Shown: positions 9,234 to 24,170 of the stretch, in pieces | Layout of the letters: each line of letters begins with the position of its first letter | How positions within the stretch are numbered: position 1 is the stretch's first letter | Assembly: GCA_964016885.1 (NCBI GenBank) | Contig: OZ024740.1 | Location: 7,440,001 to 7,504,000 of the forward strand | DNA: 64,000 bases | Reading direction: 5' to 3' | Source of the DNA: Eledone cirrhosa | Taxonomy: Eukaryota | Notes under the pieces: generated by a model | What the model was told of the DNA's origin: nothing | The model's input: only the letters and a program-made list of their open reading frames with translations | The model's database searches: none | Made by a program: the position numbers and the translations under genes

Positions 9234-12200
9234 ATCAGTTTCGTTTGGTATGTCAGTTTCGATTGGTATATCAGTTTCTATTGCTATATCTGTTTCTATT
9301 GGTATGTCAGTTTCGATTGGTATGTCAATTTCTATTGGTATGTCAGTTTCGATTGGTATGTCAGTTTCGATTGGTATATCAGTTTCGATTGGTATGTCAG
9401 TTTGGATAGGTATGTCAGTTTCGATTGGTATGTCAATTTCGATTGGTTTATCAGTTTCAATTGGTATATCAGTTTCGATTGGTATGTCAGTTTGGATAGG
9501 TATGTCAGTTTCGATTGGTATGTCAGTTTCGATTGGTATAGCAGTTTCTATTGGTATGTCAGTTTCGATTGGTATGTCAGTTTCTATTGGTATATCAGTT
9601 TCGATTGGTATGTCAGTTTCCATAGGTATGTCAGTTTCGATTATTATATCAGTTACTATTGGTATGTCAGTTTTGATTGGTATGTCAGTTTCTATTCGTA
9701 TATCTGTTTCGATTGGTATGTCAGTTTCGATGAGTATATCAGTTTCTATAGGTATGTCAGTTTCTATTAGTATATCAGTTTCGATTGGTATATCAGTTTT
9801 GATTGGTATGTCAGTTTCGATTGGTATATCAGTTTCTATTGGTATGTCAGTTTCGATTGGTATGTCAATTTCGATTGCTATATCAGTTTCGATTAGTATG
9901 TCAGTTTCTATTGGTATGTCAGTTTCGATTAGTATATCAGTGTCTATTGGTATATCAGTTTCTATTGGTATGACAGTTTCGATTGGTATATCAGTTTCGA
10001 TTGGTATGTCAGTTTGGATAGGTATGTCATTTTCGATTGGTATGTCAGTTTCGATTGGTATGTCAATTTCGATTAGTATATCAGTTTCGATTGGTATGTC
10101 AGTTTCGATTGGTATGTCAGTTTGGATAGGTATGTCAGTTTAGATTGGTATGTCAGTTTCGATTGGTAAGTCAGATTCTATTAGTATATCAGTTTCGATT
10201 GGTATATCAGTTTCGATTGGTATGTCAGTTTCTATTGGTATATCAGTTTCTATTGGTATGACAGTTTCGATTGGTATATCAGTTTCGATTGGTATGTCAG
10301 TTTGGATAGGTATGTCAGTTTCGAGTGGTATGTCAGTTTCGATTGGTATGTCAATTTCGATTGGTATATCAGTTTCGATTGGTATATCAGTTTCGATTGG
10401 TATGTCAGTTTGGATAGGTATGTCAGTTTAGATTGTTATGTCAGTTTCGATTGGTAAGTGAGTTTCGATTGGTATGTCAGTTTCGATTGGTATATCAGTT
10501 TCGATTGGTATATCAGTTTTGATTAGTATGTCAGTTTCTATTGGTATGTCAGTTTCCATTAGTATATCTGTTTCTATTGATATGTCAGTTTCGATTGGTA
10601 TGTCAGATTCTATTAGTATATCAGTTTCGATTGGTATATCAGTTTCGATTGGTATGTCAGTTTCGATTCTATATCAGTTTCTATTGGTATGTCAGTTTTG
10701 ATTGGTATAGCAGTTTCTATTGGTATGTCAGTTTCGATTGGTATGTCAGTTTCTATTGGTATATCTGTTTCGATTGGTATGTCAGTTTCTATTGGTATGT
10801 CAGTTTCGATTATTATATCAGTTACTATTGGTATGTCAGTTTTGATTGGTATGTCAGTTTCTATTGGTATATCTGTTTCGATTGGTATGTCAGTTTCGAT
10901 TAGTATATCAGTTTCTATAGGTATGTCAGTTTCTATTATTATATCAGTTTCGATTGGTATATCAGTTTCGATTGGTATGTCAGTTTCGATTGGCATATCA
11001 GTTTCTATTGGTATATCAGTTTAGATTCATATATCAGTTTCGATTAGTGTGTCAGTTTCTATTGGTATATCAGTTTCGATTGTTATATCAATTTCAATTA
11101 GTATATCAGTTTCTATTGGTACGTTAGTTTCTATTGGTATATCAGTTTCGATAGGTATATCAGTTTCGTTTGGTATGTCAGTTTCGATTGGTATATCAGT
11201 TTCTATTGCTATATCTGTTTCTATTGGTATGTCAGTTTCGATTGGTATGTCAATTTCTATTGGTATGTCAGTTTCGATTAGTATGTCAGTTTCGATTGGT
11301 ATATCAGTTTCGATTGGTATGTCAGTTTGGATAGGTATGTCAGTTTCGATTGGTATGTCAATTTCTATTGGTATGTCAGTTTCGATTTGTATGTCAGTTT
11401 CTATTGGTATATCAGTTTCGATTGGTATGTCAGTTTCTATTGGTATGTCAGTTTCGATTATTATATCAGTTACTATCGGTATGTCAGTTTTGAATAGTAT
11501 GTCAGTTTCTACTCGTATACCTGTTTCGATTGGTATGTCAGTTTTGATGAGTATATCAGTTTCTATAGGTATGTCAGTTTCGATTGGTATATCAGTTTCT
11601 ATTGGTATGTCAGTTTCGATTGGTATGTCAATTTCGATTGGTATATCAGTTTCGATTAGTATGTCAGTTTCTATTGGTATATCAGTTTCGATTGTTATAT
11701 CAATTTCAATTAGTATATCAGTTTCTATTGGTACGTTAGTTTCTATTGGTATATCAGTTTCGATAGGTATATCAGTTTCGTTTGGTATGTCAGTTTCGAT
11801 TGGTATGTCAATTTCTATTGGTATGTCAGTTTCTATTGCTATATCTGTTTCTATTGTTATGTCAGTTTCGATTGATACGTCAGTTTCTGTTGGTATATCA
11901 GTTTCGATTATTATATCAGTTACTATTGGTATGTCAGTTTTGATTGGTATGTCAGTTTCGATTGGTATATCTGTTTCGATTGGTATGTCAGTTTCGATGA
12001 GTATATCAGTTTCTATAGGTATGTCAGTTTCTATTAGTATATCAGTTTCGATTGGTATATCAGTTTTGATTGGTATGTCAGTTTCGATTGGTATATCAGA
12101 TTCTATTGGTATGTCAGTTTCGATTGTTATGTCAATTTCGATTGGTATATCAGTTTCGATTTGTATGTCAGTTTCTATAGGTATGTCAGTTTCGATTAGT

Positions 12201-15200
12201 ATATCAGTTTAGATTGGTATATCAGTTTCTATTGGTATGACAGTTTCGATTGGTATATCGGTTTCGATTGGTATTTTAGTTTCGATTGGTATATCAGTTT
12301 CTATTGGTATATCAGTTTCTATTGGTATGACAGTTTCGATTGGTATATCAGTTCCGATTGGTATGTCAGTTTCGATTGGTATGTCAGTTTCGATTAGTAT
12401 ATCAGTTTCGATTGGTATATCAGTTTTGATTAGTATGTCAGTTTCTATTGGTATGTCAGTTTCGATTAGTAGATCTGTTTCTATTGATATGTCAGTTTCG
12501 ATTGGTATGTCAGATTCTATTAGTATATCAGTTTCGATTGGTATATCAGTTTCGATTGGTATGTCAGTTTCGATTGGTATATCAGTTTCTATAGGTATGT
12601 CAGTTTCGATTGGTATGTCAGTTTCGATTGGTATGTCAGTTTGGATAGGTATGTCAGTTTCGATTGGTATGTCAGTTTCGATTGGTATGTCAATTTCGAT
12701 TGGTTTATCAGTTTCAATTGGTATATCAGTTTCGATTGGTATGTCAGTTTGGATAGGTATGTCAGTTTCGATTGGTATGTCAGTTTCGATTGGTATAGCA
12801 GTTTCTATTGGTATGTCAGTTTCGATTGGTATGTCAGTTTCTATTGGTATATCAGTTTCGATTGGTATGTCAGTTTCTATTGGTATGTCAGTTTCGATTA
12901 TTATATCAGTTACTATTGGTATGTCAGTTTTGATTGCTATGTCAGTTTCGATTGGTATATCAGTTTCTATTGGTATGTCAGTTACGATTGGTATGTCAAT
13001 TTCGATTGGTATATCAGTTTCGATTAGTATGTCAGTTTCTATTGGTATGTCAGTTTCGATTAGTATATCAGTTCAGATTGGTATATCAGTTTCTATTGGT
13101 ATGACAGTTTCGATTGGTATATCAGTTTCGATTGGTATATGAGTTTCGATTGGTATATCAGTGTCTATTGGTATATCAGTTTCTATTGGTATGACAGTTT
13201 CGATTGGTATATCAGTTTCGATTAGTATGTCAGTTTGGATAGGTATGTCAGTTTCGATTGGTATGTCAGTTTCGATTGGTATGTCAATTTCGATTGGTAT
13301 ATCAGTTTTGATTGGTATATCAGTTTCGATTGGTATGTCAGTTTGGATAGGTATGTCAGTTTAGATTGGTATGTCAGTTTCGATTGGTAAGTCAGTTTCG
13401 ATTGGTATGTCAATTTCGATTGGTATATCAGTTTCGATTGGTATGTCAGTTTCGATTGGTATATCAGTTTCGATTGGTATATCAGTTTCGATTAGTATGT
13501 CAGTTTCTATTGGTATGTCAGTTTCGATTAGTATATCTGTTTCTATTGATATGTCAGTTTCGATTGGTATGTCAGATTCTATTAGTATATCAGTTTCGAT
13601 TGGTATGTCAGTTTGGATAGGTATGTCAGTTTCGATTGGTATGTCAGTTTCGATTGGTATAGCAGTTTCTATTGGTATGTCAGTTTCGATTGGTATGTCA
13701 GTTTCTATTGGTATATCAGTTTCGATTGGTATGTCAGTTTCTATTGGTATGTCAGTTTCGATTATTATATCAGTTACTATTGGTATGTCAGTTTTGATTG
13801 GTATGTCAGCTTCTATTCGTATATCTGTTTCGATTGGTATGTCAGTTTCGATGAGTATATCAGTTTCTATAGGTATGTCAGTTTCTATTAGTATATCAGT
13901 TTCGATTGGTATATCAGTTTTGATTGGTATGTCAGTTTCGATTGGTATATCAGTTTCTATTGGTATGTCAGTTTCGATTGGTATGTCAATTTCGATTGGT
14001 ATATCAGTTTCGATTAGTATGTCAGTTTCTATTGGTATGACAGTTTCGAGTGGTATATCAGTTTCGATTGGTATATGAGTTTCGATTTGTATATCAGTGT
14101 CTATTGGTATATCAGTTTCTATTGGTATGACAGTTTTGATTGGTATATCAGTTTCGATTGGTATGTCAGTTTGGATAGGTATGTCAGTTTCGATTGGTAT
14201 GTCAGTTTCGATTGGTATGTCAATTTCGATTGGTATATCAGTTTCGATTGGTATGTCAGTTTCGATTGGTATGTCAGTTTGGATAGGTATGTCAGTTTAG
14301 ATTGGTATGTCAGTTTCGATTGGTAAGTCAGATTCTATTAGTATATCAGTTTCGATTGGTATATCAGTTTCGATTGGTATGTCAGTTTCGATTGGTATAT
14401 CAGTTTCTATTGGTATGTCAGTTTTGATTGGTATAGCAGTTTCTATTGGTATGTCAGTTTCGATTGGTATGTCAGTTTCTATTGGTAAATCAGTTTCGAT
14501 TGGTATGTCAGTTTCTATTGGTATGTCAGTTTCGATTATTATATCAGTTACTATTGGTATGTCAGTTTTGATTGGTATGTCAGTTTCTATTGGTATATCT
14601 GTTTCTATAGGTATGTCAGTTTCTATTAGTATATCAGTTTCGATTGGTATATCAGTTTCGATTGATATGTCAGTTTCGATTGGTATATCAGTTTCTATTG
14701 GTATATCAGTTTAGATTCATATATCAGGTTCGATTAGTATGTTAGTTTCTATTGGTATAACAGTTTCGATTGTTATATCAATTTCAATTAGTATATCAGT
14801 TTCTATTGGTACGTTAGTTTCTATTGGTATATCAGTTTCGATAGGTATATCAGTTTCGTTTGGTATGTCAGTTTCGGTTGGTATATCAGTTTCTATTGCT
14901 ATATCTGTTTCTATTGTTATGTCAGTTTCGATTGATATGTCAGTTTCTATTGGTATATCAGTTTCGATTATTATATCAGTTACTATTGGTATGTCAGTTT
15001 TGATTGGTATGTCAGTTTCTATTCGTATATCTGTTTCGATTGGTATGTCAGTTTTGATGAGTATATCAGTTTCTATAGGTATGTCAGTTTCTATTAGTAT
15101 ATCAGTTTCGATTGGTATATCAGTTTTGATTGTTATGTCAGTTTGGATAGGTATATCAGTTTCGATTGGTATGTCAATTTCGATTGGTTTATCAGTTTCA

Positions 15201-15692
15201 ATTGGTATATCAGTTTCGATTGGTATGTCAGTTTGGATAGGTATGTCAGTTTCTATTGGTATGTCAGTTTCGATTGGTATAGCAGTTTCTATTGGTAAAT
15301 CAGTTTCGATTGGTATGTCAGTTTCTATTGGTATGTCAGTTTCGATTATTATATCAGTTACTATTGGTATGTCAGGTTTGAATGTCAGTTTCTATTGGTA
15401 TATCTGTTTCGATTGGTATGTCAGTTTCGATTAGTATATCAGTTTCTATAGCTATGTCAGTTTCTATTAGTATATCAGTTTCGATTGGTATATCAGTTTC
15501 GATTGATATGTCAGTTTCGATTGGTATATCAGTTTCTATTGGTATATCAGTTTAGATTCATATATCAGTTTCGATTAGTATGTCAGTTTCTATTGGTATA
15601 TCAGTTTCGATTGTTATATCAATTTCAATTAGTATATCAGTTTCTATTGGTACGTTAGTTTCTATTGGTATATCAGTTTCGATAGGTATATC

Positions 15693-15954
15693 GCAAGGTG
15701 GTCGTGGAGGTGCCACGGCAAAAAAGCACCCAGCCCACACTGTAAAGTGGACGTGTAGGCGCCACGAAAAAGCACCCAGCACTCACTGTAAATGAGGTTG
15801 GTGTTAGGAAGGGCATCCAGCTGTAGAAATCAAGCCAGATCAGTTCCTGTATGAGCAAGGCATGGTCAGCCGACCAGACACTGCCCACAACAGGACAACC
15901 CGTCTAACCCATGCTAGCGTGGAAGAACGGACGTAAAACGGTGATGATGATGAT
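15693..15954 (+). mobile_element. Diverged sister-family retroelement 3' end (truncated RTE LINE or RTE-mobilised SINE) with (GAT)4 tail and apparent ATATC target duplication
   Basis: Collinear with LINE UTR ~2990-3247. Shares GGTTGGTGTTAGGAAGGGCATCCA.CTGTAGAAA and CCCATGC.AGCGTGGAA...CGGACGT.AAACG but differs extensively elsewhere. Flanked by ATATC on both sides; the right-hand copy overlaps the tail by AT. Confidence 0.88.
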
Positions 15955-18900
15955 ATCAGTTTCGTTTGGTATGTCAGTTTCGGTTGGTTTATCAGTTTCT
16001 ATTGCTATATCTGTTTCTATTGTTATGTCAGTTTCGATTGATACGTCAGTTTCTATTGGTATATCAGTTTCGATTATTATATCAGTTAATATTGGTATGT
16101 CAGTTTTGATTGGTATGTCAGTTTCGATTGGTATATCTGTTTCGATTGGTATGTCAGTTTCGATGAGTATATCAGTTTTTATAGGTATGTCAGTTTCTAT
16201 TAGTATATCAGTTTCGATTGGTATATCAGTTTTGATTGGTATGTCAGTTTCGATTGGTATATCAGATTCTATTGGTATGTCAGTTTCGATTGGTATGTCA
16301 ATTTCGATTGGCATATCAGTTTCGATTTGTATGTCAGTTTCTATAGGTATGTCAGTTTTGATTAGTATATCAGTTTAGATTGGTATATCAGTTTCTATTG
16401 GTATGACAGTTTCGATTGGTATATCGGTTTCGATTGGTATTTTAGTTTTGATTGGTATATCAGTTTCTATTGGTATATCAGTTTCTATTGGTATGACAGT
16501 TTCGATTGGTATATCAGTTTCGATTGGTATGTCAGTTTGGATAGGTATGTCAGTTTCGATTGGTATATCAGTTTCGATTGGTATGTCAGTTTCGATTGGT
16601 ATATCAGTTTCGATTGGTATATCAGTTTTGATTAGTATGTCAGTTTCTATTGGTATGTCAGTTTCGATTAGTAGATCTGTTTCTATTGATATGTCAGTTT
16701 CGATTGGTATGTCAGATTCTATTAGTATATCAGTTTCGATTGGTATATCAGTTTCGATTGGTATGTCAGTTTCGATTGGTATATCAGTTTCTATAGGTAT
16801 GTCAGTTTCTATTAGTATATCAGTTTCGATTGGTATATCAGTTTCGTTTGGTATGTCAGTTTCGATTGGTATATCAGTTTCTATTGCTATATCTGTTTCT
16901 ATTGTTATGTCAGTTTCGATTGGTATGTCAATTTCTATTGGTATGTCAGTTTCGATTGGTATGTCAGTTTCGATTGGTATGTCAGTTTGGATAGGTATGT
17001 CAGTTTCGATTGGTATGTCAGTTTCGATTGGTATGTCAATTTCGATTGGTTTATCAGTTTCAATTGGTATATCAGTTTCGATTGGTATGTCAGTTTGGAT
17101 AGGTACGTCAGTTTCGATTGGTATGTCAGTTTCGATTGGTATAGCAGTTTCTATTGGTATGTCAGTTTCGATTGGTATGTCAGTTTCTATTGGTATATCA
17201 GTTTCGATTGGTAAGTCAGTTTCGATTAGTATATCAGTTTAGATTGGTATATCAGTTTCTATTGGTATGACAGTTTCGATTGGTATATCAGTTTCGATTG
17301 GTATATGAGTTTCGATTGGTATATCAGTGTCTATTGGTATATCAGTTTCTATTGGTATGACAGTTTCGATTGGTATATCAGTTTCGATTAGTATGTTAGT
17401 TTGGATAGGTATGTCAGTTTTGATTGGTATGTCAGTTTCGATTGGTATGTCAATTTCGATTGGTATATCAGTTTCGATTGGTATATCAGTTTCGATTGGT
17501 ATGTCAGTTTGGATAGGTATGTCAGTTTAGATTGGTATGTCAGTTTCGATTGGTAAGTCAGTTTCGATTGGTATGTCAATTTCGATTGGTATATCAGTTT
17601 CGATTGGTATGTCAGTTTCGATTGGTATATCAGTTTCGATTGGTATATCAGTTTCGATTAGTATGTCAGTTTCTATTGGTATGTCAGTTTCGATTAGTAT
17701 ATCTGTTTCTATTGATATGTCAGTTTCGATTGGTATGTCAGATTCTATTAGTATATCAGTTTCGATTGGTATGTCAGTTTGGATAGGTATGTCAGTTTCG
17801 ATTGGTATGTCAGTTTCGATTGGTATAGCAGTTTCTATTGGTATGTCAGTTTCGATTGGTATGTCAGTTTCTATTGGTATATCAGTTTCGATTGGTATGT
17901 CAGTTTCTATTGGTATGTCAGTTTCGATTATTATATCAGTTACTATTGGTATGTCAGTTTTGATTGGTATGTCAGCTTCTATTCGTATATCTGTTTCGAT
18001 TGGTATGTCAGTTTCGATGAGTATATCAGTTTCTATAGGTATGTCAGTTTCTATTAGTATATCAGTTTCGATTGGTATATCAGTTTTGATTGGTATGTCA
18101 GTTTCGATTGGTATATCAGTTTCTATTGGTATGTCAGTTTCGATCGGTATGTCAATTTCGATTGGTATATCAGTTTCGATTAGTATGTCAGTTTCTATTG
18201 GTATGTCAGTTTCGATTAGTATATCAGTTTAGATTGGTATATCAGTTTCTATTGGTATGACAGTTTCGAGTGGTATATCAGTTTCGATTGGTATATGAGT
18301 TTCGATTTGTATATCAGTGTCTATTGGTATATCAGTTTCTATTGGTATGACAGTTTCGATTGGTATATGAGTTTCGATTGGTATGTCAGTTTGGATAGGT
18401 ATGTCAGTTTCGATTGGTATGTCAGTTTCGATTGGTATGTCAATTTCGATTGGTATATAAGTTTCGATTGGTATGTCAGTTTCGATTGGTATGTCAGTTT
18501 GGATAGGTATGTCAGTTTAGATTGGTATGTCAGTTTCGATTGGTAAGTCAGATTCTATTAGTATATCAGTTTCGATTGGTATATCAGTTTCTATTGGTAT
18601 GTCAGTTTTGATTGGTATAGCAGTTTCTATTGGTATGTCAGTTTCGATTGGTATGTCAGTTTCTATTGGTAAATCAGTTTCGATTGGTATGTCAGTTTCT
18701 ATTGGTATGTCAGTTTCGATTAGTATATCAGTTACTATTGGTATGTCAGTTTTGATTGGTATGTCAGTTTCTATTGGTATATCTGTTTCGATTGGTATGT
18801 CAGTTTCTATTAGTATATCAGTTTCGATTGGTATATCAGTTTCGATTGATATGTCAGTTTCGATTGGTATATCAGTTTCTATTGGTATATCAGTTTAGAT

Positions 18901-21900
18901 TCATATATCAGGTTCGATTATTATGTCAGTTTCTATTGGTATAACAGTTTCGATTGTTATATCAATTTCAATTAGTATATCAGTTTCTATTGGTACGTTA
19001 GTTTCTATTGGTATATCAGTTTCGATAGGTATATCAGTTTCGTTTGGTATGTCAGTTTCGGTTGGTATATCAGTTTCTATTGCTATATCTGTTTCTATTG
19101 TTATGTCAGTTTCGATTGATATGTCAGTTTCTATTGGTATATCAGTTTCGATTATTATATCAGTTACTATTGGTATGTCAGTTTTGATTGGTATGTCAGT
19201 TTCGATTGGTATATCTGTTTCGATTGGTATGTCAGTTTCGATGAGTATATCAGTTTCTATAGGTATGTCAGTTTCTATTAGTATATCAGTTTCGATTGGT
19301 ATATCAGTTTTGATTGGTATGTCAGTTTCGATTGGTATATCAGATTCTATTGGTATGTCAGTTTCGATTGGTATGTCAATTTCGATTGGCATATCAGTTT
19401 CGATTTGTATGTCAGTTTCTATAGGTATGTCAGTTTCGATTAGTATATCAGTTTAGATTGGTATATCAGTTTCTATTGGTATGACAGTTTCGATTGGTAT
19501 ATCGGTTTCGATTGGTATTTTAGTTTCGATTGGTATATCAGTTTCTATTGGTATATCAGTTTCTATTGGTATGACAGTTTCGATTGGTATATCAGTTTCG
19601 ATTGGTATGTCAGTTTGGATAGGTATGTCAGTTTCGATTGGTATATCAGTTTCGATTGGTATGTCAGTTTCGATTGGTATATCAGTTTCGATTGGTATAT
19701 CAGTTTTGATTAGTATGTCAGTTTCTATTGGTATGTCAGTTTCGATTAGTAGATCTGTTTCTATTGATATGTCAGTTTCGATTGGTATGTCAGATTCTAT
19801 TAGTATATCAGTTTCGATTGGTATATCAGTTTCGATTGGTATGTCAGTTTCGATTGGTATATCAGTTTCTATAGGTATGTCAGTTTCTATTAGTATATCA
19901 GTTTCGATTGGTATATCAGTTTCGTTTGGTATGTCAGTTTCGATTGGTATATCAGTTTCTATTGCTATATCTGTTTCTATTGTTATGTCAGTTTCGATTG
20001 GTATGTCAATTTCTATTGGTATGTCAGTTTCGATTGGTATGTCAGTTTCGATTGGTATGTCAGTTTGGATAGGTATGTCAGTTTCGATTGGTATGTCAGT
20101 TTCGATTGGTATGTCAATTTCGATTGGTTTATCAGTTTCAATTGGTATATCAGTTTCGATTGGTATGTCAGTTTGGATAGGTATGTCAGTTTCGATTGGT
20201 ATGTCAGTTTCGATTGGTATAGCAGTTTCTATTGGTATGTCAGTTTCGATTGGTATGTCAGTTTCTATTGGTATATCAGTTTCGATTGGTATGTCAGTTT
20301 CGATTAGTATATCAGTTTAGATTGGTATATCAGTTTCTATTGGTATGACAGTTTCGATTGGTATATCAGTTTCGATTGGTATATGAGTTTCGATTGGTAT
20401 ATCAGTGTCTATTGGTATATCAGTTTCTATTGGTATGACAGTTTCGATTGGTATATCAGTTTCGATTAGTATGTTAGTTTGGATAGGTATGTCAGTTTTG
20501 ATTGGTATGTCAGTTTCGATTGGTATGTCAATTTCGATTGGTATATCAGTTTCGATTGGTATATCAGTTTCGATTGGTATGTCAGTTTGGATAGGTATGT
20601 CAGTTTAGATTGGTATGTCAGTTTCGATTTGTAAGTCAGTTTCGATTGGTATGTCAATTTCGATTGGTATATCAGTTTCGATTGGTATGTCAGTTTCGAT
20701 TGGTATATCAGTTTCGATTGGTATATCAGTTTCGATTAGTATGTCAGTTTCTATTGGTATGTCAGTTTCGATTAGTATATCTGTTTCTATTGATATGTCA
20801 GTTTCGATTGGTATGTCAGATTCTATTAGTATATCAGTTTCGATTGGTATGTCAGTTTGGATAGGTATGTCAGTTTCGATTGGTATGTCAGTTTCGATTG
20901 GTATAGCAGTTTCTATTGGTATGTCAGTTTCGATTGGTATGTCAGTTTCTATTGGTATATCAGTTTCTATTGGTATGTCAGTTTCGATTGGTATGTCAAT
21001 TTCGATTGGCATATCAGTTTCGATTTGTATGTCAGTTTCTATAGGTATGTCAGTTTCGATTAGTATATCAGTTTAGATTGGTATATCAGTTTCTATTGGT
21101 ATGACAGTTTCGATTGGTATATCGGTTTCGATTGGTATTTTAGTTTCGATTGGTATATCAGTTTCTATTGGTATATCAGTTTCTATTGGTATGACAGTTT
21201 CGATTGGTATATCAGTTTCGATTGGTATGTCAGTTTGGATAGGTATGTCAGTTTCGATTGGTATATCAGTTTCGATTGGTATGTCAGTTTCGATTGGTAT
21301 ATCAGTTTCGATTGGTATATCAGTTTTGATTAGTATGTCAGTTTCTATTGTTATGTCAGTTTCGATTAGTAGATCTGTTTCTATTGATATGTCAGTTTCG
21401 ATTGGTATGTCAGATTCTATTAGTATATCAGTTTCGATTGGTATATCAGTTTCGATTGGTATGTCAGTTTCGATTGGTATATCAGTTTCTATAGGTATGT
21501 CAGTTTCTATTAGTATATCAGTTTCGATTGGTATATCAGTTTCGTTTGGTATGTCAGTTTCGATTGGTATATCAGTTTCTATTGCTATATCTGTTTCTAT
21601 TGTTATGTCAGTTTCGATTGGTATGTCAATTTCTATTGGTATGTCAGTTTCGATTGGTATGTCAGTTTCGATTGGTATGTCAGTTTGGATAGGTATGTCA
21701 GTTTCGATTGGTATGTCAGTTTCGATTGGTATGTCAATTTCGATTGGTTTATCAGTATCAATTGGTATATCAGTTTCGATTGGTATGTCAGTTTGGATAG
21801 GTATGTCAGTTTCGATTGGTATGTCAGTTTCGATTGGTATAGCAGTTTCTATTGGTATGTCAGTTTCGATTGGTATGTCAGTTTCTATTGGTATATCAGT

Positions 21901-24170
21901 TTCGATTGGTATGTCAGTTTCGATTAGTATATCAGTTTAGATTGGTATATCAGTTTCTATTGGTATGACAGTTTCGATTGGTATATCAGTTTCGATTGGT
22001 ATATGAGTTTCGATTGGTATATCAGTGTCTATTGGTATATCAGTTTCTATTGGTATGACAGTTTCGATTGGTATATCAGTTTCGATTAGTATGTTAGTTT
22101 GGATAGGTATGTCAGTTTTGATTGGTATGTCAGTTTCGATTGGTATGTCAATTTCGATTGGTATATCAGTTTCGATTGGTATATCAGTTTCGATTGGTAT
22201 GTCAGTTTGGATAGGTATGTCAGTTTAGATTGGTATGTCAGTTTCGATTGGTAAGTCAGTTTCGATTGGTATGTCAATTTCGATTGGTATATCAGTTTCG
22301 ATTGGTATGTCAGTTTCGATTGGTATATCAGTTTCGATTGGTATATCAGTTTCGATTAGTATGTCAGTTTCTATTGGTATGTCAGTTTCGATTAGTATAT
22401 CTGTTTCTATTGATATGTCAGTTTCGATTGGTATGTCAGATTCTATTAGTATATCAGTTTCGATTGGTATGTCAGTTTGGATAGGTATGTCAGTTTCGAT
22501 TGGTATGTCAGTTTCGATTGGTATAGCAGTTTCTATTGGTATGTCAGTTTCGATTGGTATGTCAGTTTCTATTGGTATATCAGTTTCGATTGGTATGTCA
22601 GTTTCTATTGGTATGTCAGTTTCGATTATTATATCAGTTACTATTGGTATGTCAGTTTTGATTGGTATGTCAGCTTCTATTCGTATATCTGTTTCGATTG
22701 GTATGTCAGTTTCGATGAGTATATCAGTTTCTATAGGTATGTCAGTTTCTATTAGTATATCAGTTTCGATTGGTATATCAGTTTTGATTGGTATGTCAGT
22801 TTCGATTGGTATATCAGTTTCTATTGGTATGTCAGTTTCGATCGGTATGTCAATTTCGATTGGTATATCAGTTTCGATTAGTATGTCAGTTTCTATTGGT
22901 ATGTCAGTTTCGATTAGTATATCAGTTTAGATTGGTATATCAGTTTCTATTGGTATGACAGTTTCGAGTGGTATATCAGTTTCGATTGGTATATGAGTTT
23001 CGATTTGTATATCAGTGTCTATTGGTATATCAGTTTCTATTGGTATGACAGTTTCGATTGGTATATGAGTTTCGATTGGTATGTCAGTTTGGATAGGTAT
23101 GTCAGTTTCGATTGGTATGTCAGTTTCGATTTGTATGTCAATTTCGATTGGTATATAAGTTTCGATTGGTATGTCAGTTTAGATTGGTATGTCAGTTTGG
23201 ATAGGTATGTCAGTTTAGATTGGTATGTCAGTTTCGATTGGTAAGTCAGATTCTATTAGTATATCAGTTTCGATTGGTATATCAGTTTCTATTGGTATGT
23301 CAGTTTTGATTGGTATAGCAGTTTCTATTGGTATGTCAGTTTCGATTGGTATGTCAGTTTCTATTGGTAAATCAGTTTCGATTGGTATGTCAGTTTCTAT
23401 TGGTATGTCAGTTTCGATTAGTATATCAGTTACTATTGGTATGTCAGTTTTGATTGGTATGTCAGTTTCTATTGGTATATCTGTTTCGATTGGTATGTCA
23501 GTTTCTATTAGTATATCAGTTTCGATTGGTATATCAGTTTCGATTGATATGTCAGTTTCGATTGGTATATCAGTTTCTATTGGTATATCAGTTTAGATTC
23601 ATATATCAGGTTCGATTATTATGTCAGTTTCTATTGGTATAACAGTTTCGATTGTTATATCAATTTCAATTAGTATATCAGTTTCTATTGGTACGTTAGT
23701 TTCTATTGGTATATCAGTTTCGATAGGTATATCAGTTTCGTTTGGTATGTCAGTTTCGGTTGGTATATCAGTTTCTATTGCTATATCTGTTTCTATTGTT
23801 ATGTCAGTTTCGATTGATATGTCAGTTTCTATTGGTATATCAGTTTCGATTATTATATCAGTTACTATTGGTATGTCAGTTTTGATTGGTATGTCAGTTT
23901 CGATTGGTATATCTGTTTCGATTGGTATGTCAGTTTCGATGAGTATATCAGTTTCTATAGGTATGTCAGTTTCTATTAGTATATCAGTTTCGATTGGTAT
24001 ATCAGTTTTGATTGGTATGTCAGTTTCGATTGGTATATCAGATTCTATTGGTATGTCAGTTTCGATTGGTATGTCAATTTCGATTGGTATATCAGTTTCG
24101 ATTTGTATGTCAGTTTCTATAGGTATGTCAGTTTCGATTAGTATATCAGTTTAGATTGGTATATAGGTTT
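15955..24170 (+). repeat. Higher-order satellite duplications with offsets 3078, 1620 and 4698 bp (171, 90 and 261 monomers)
   Basis: Near-identical pseudo-ORFs at 16403/19481/21101 and 18923/23621. Private variants recur: GGCATATCAG at 16310/19388/21008 and GATCGGTAT at ~18142/22840. Boundaries are approximate. Confidence 0.75.
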
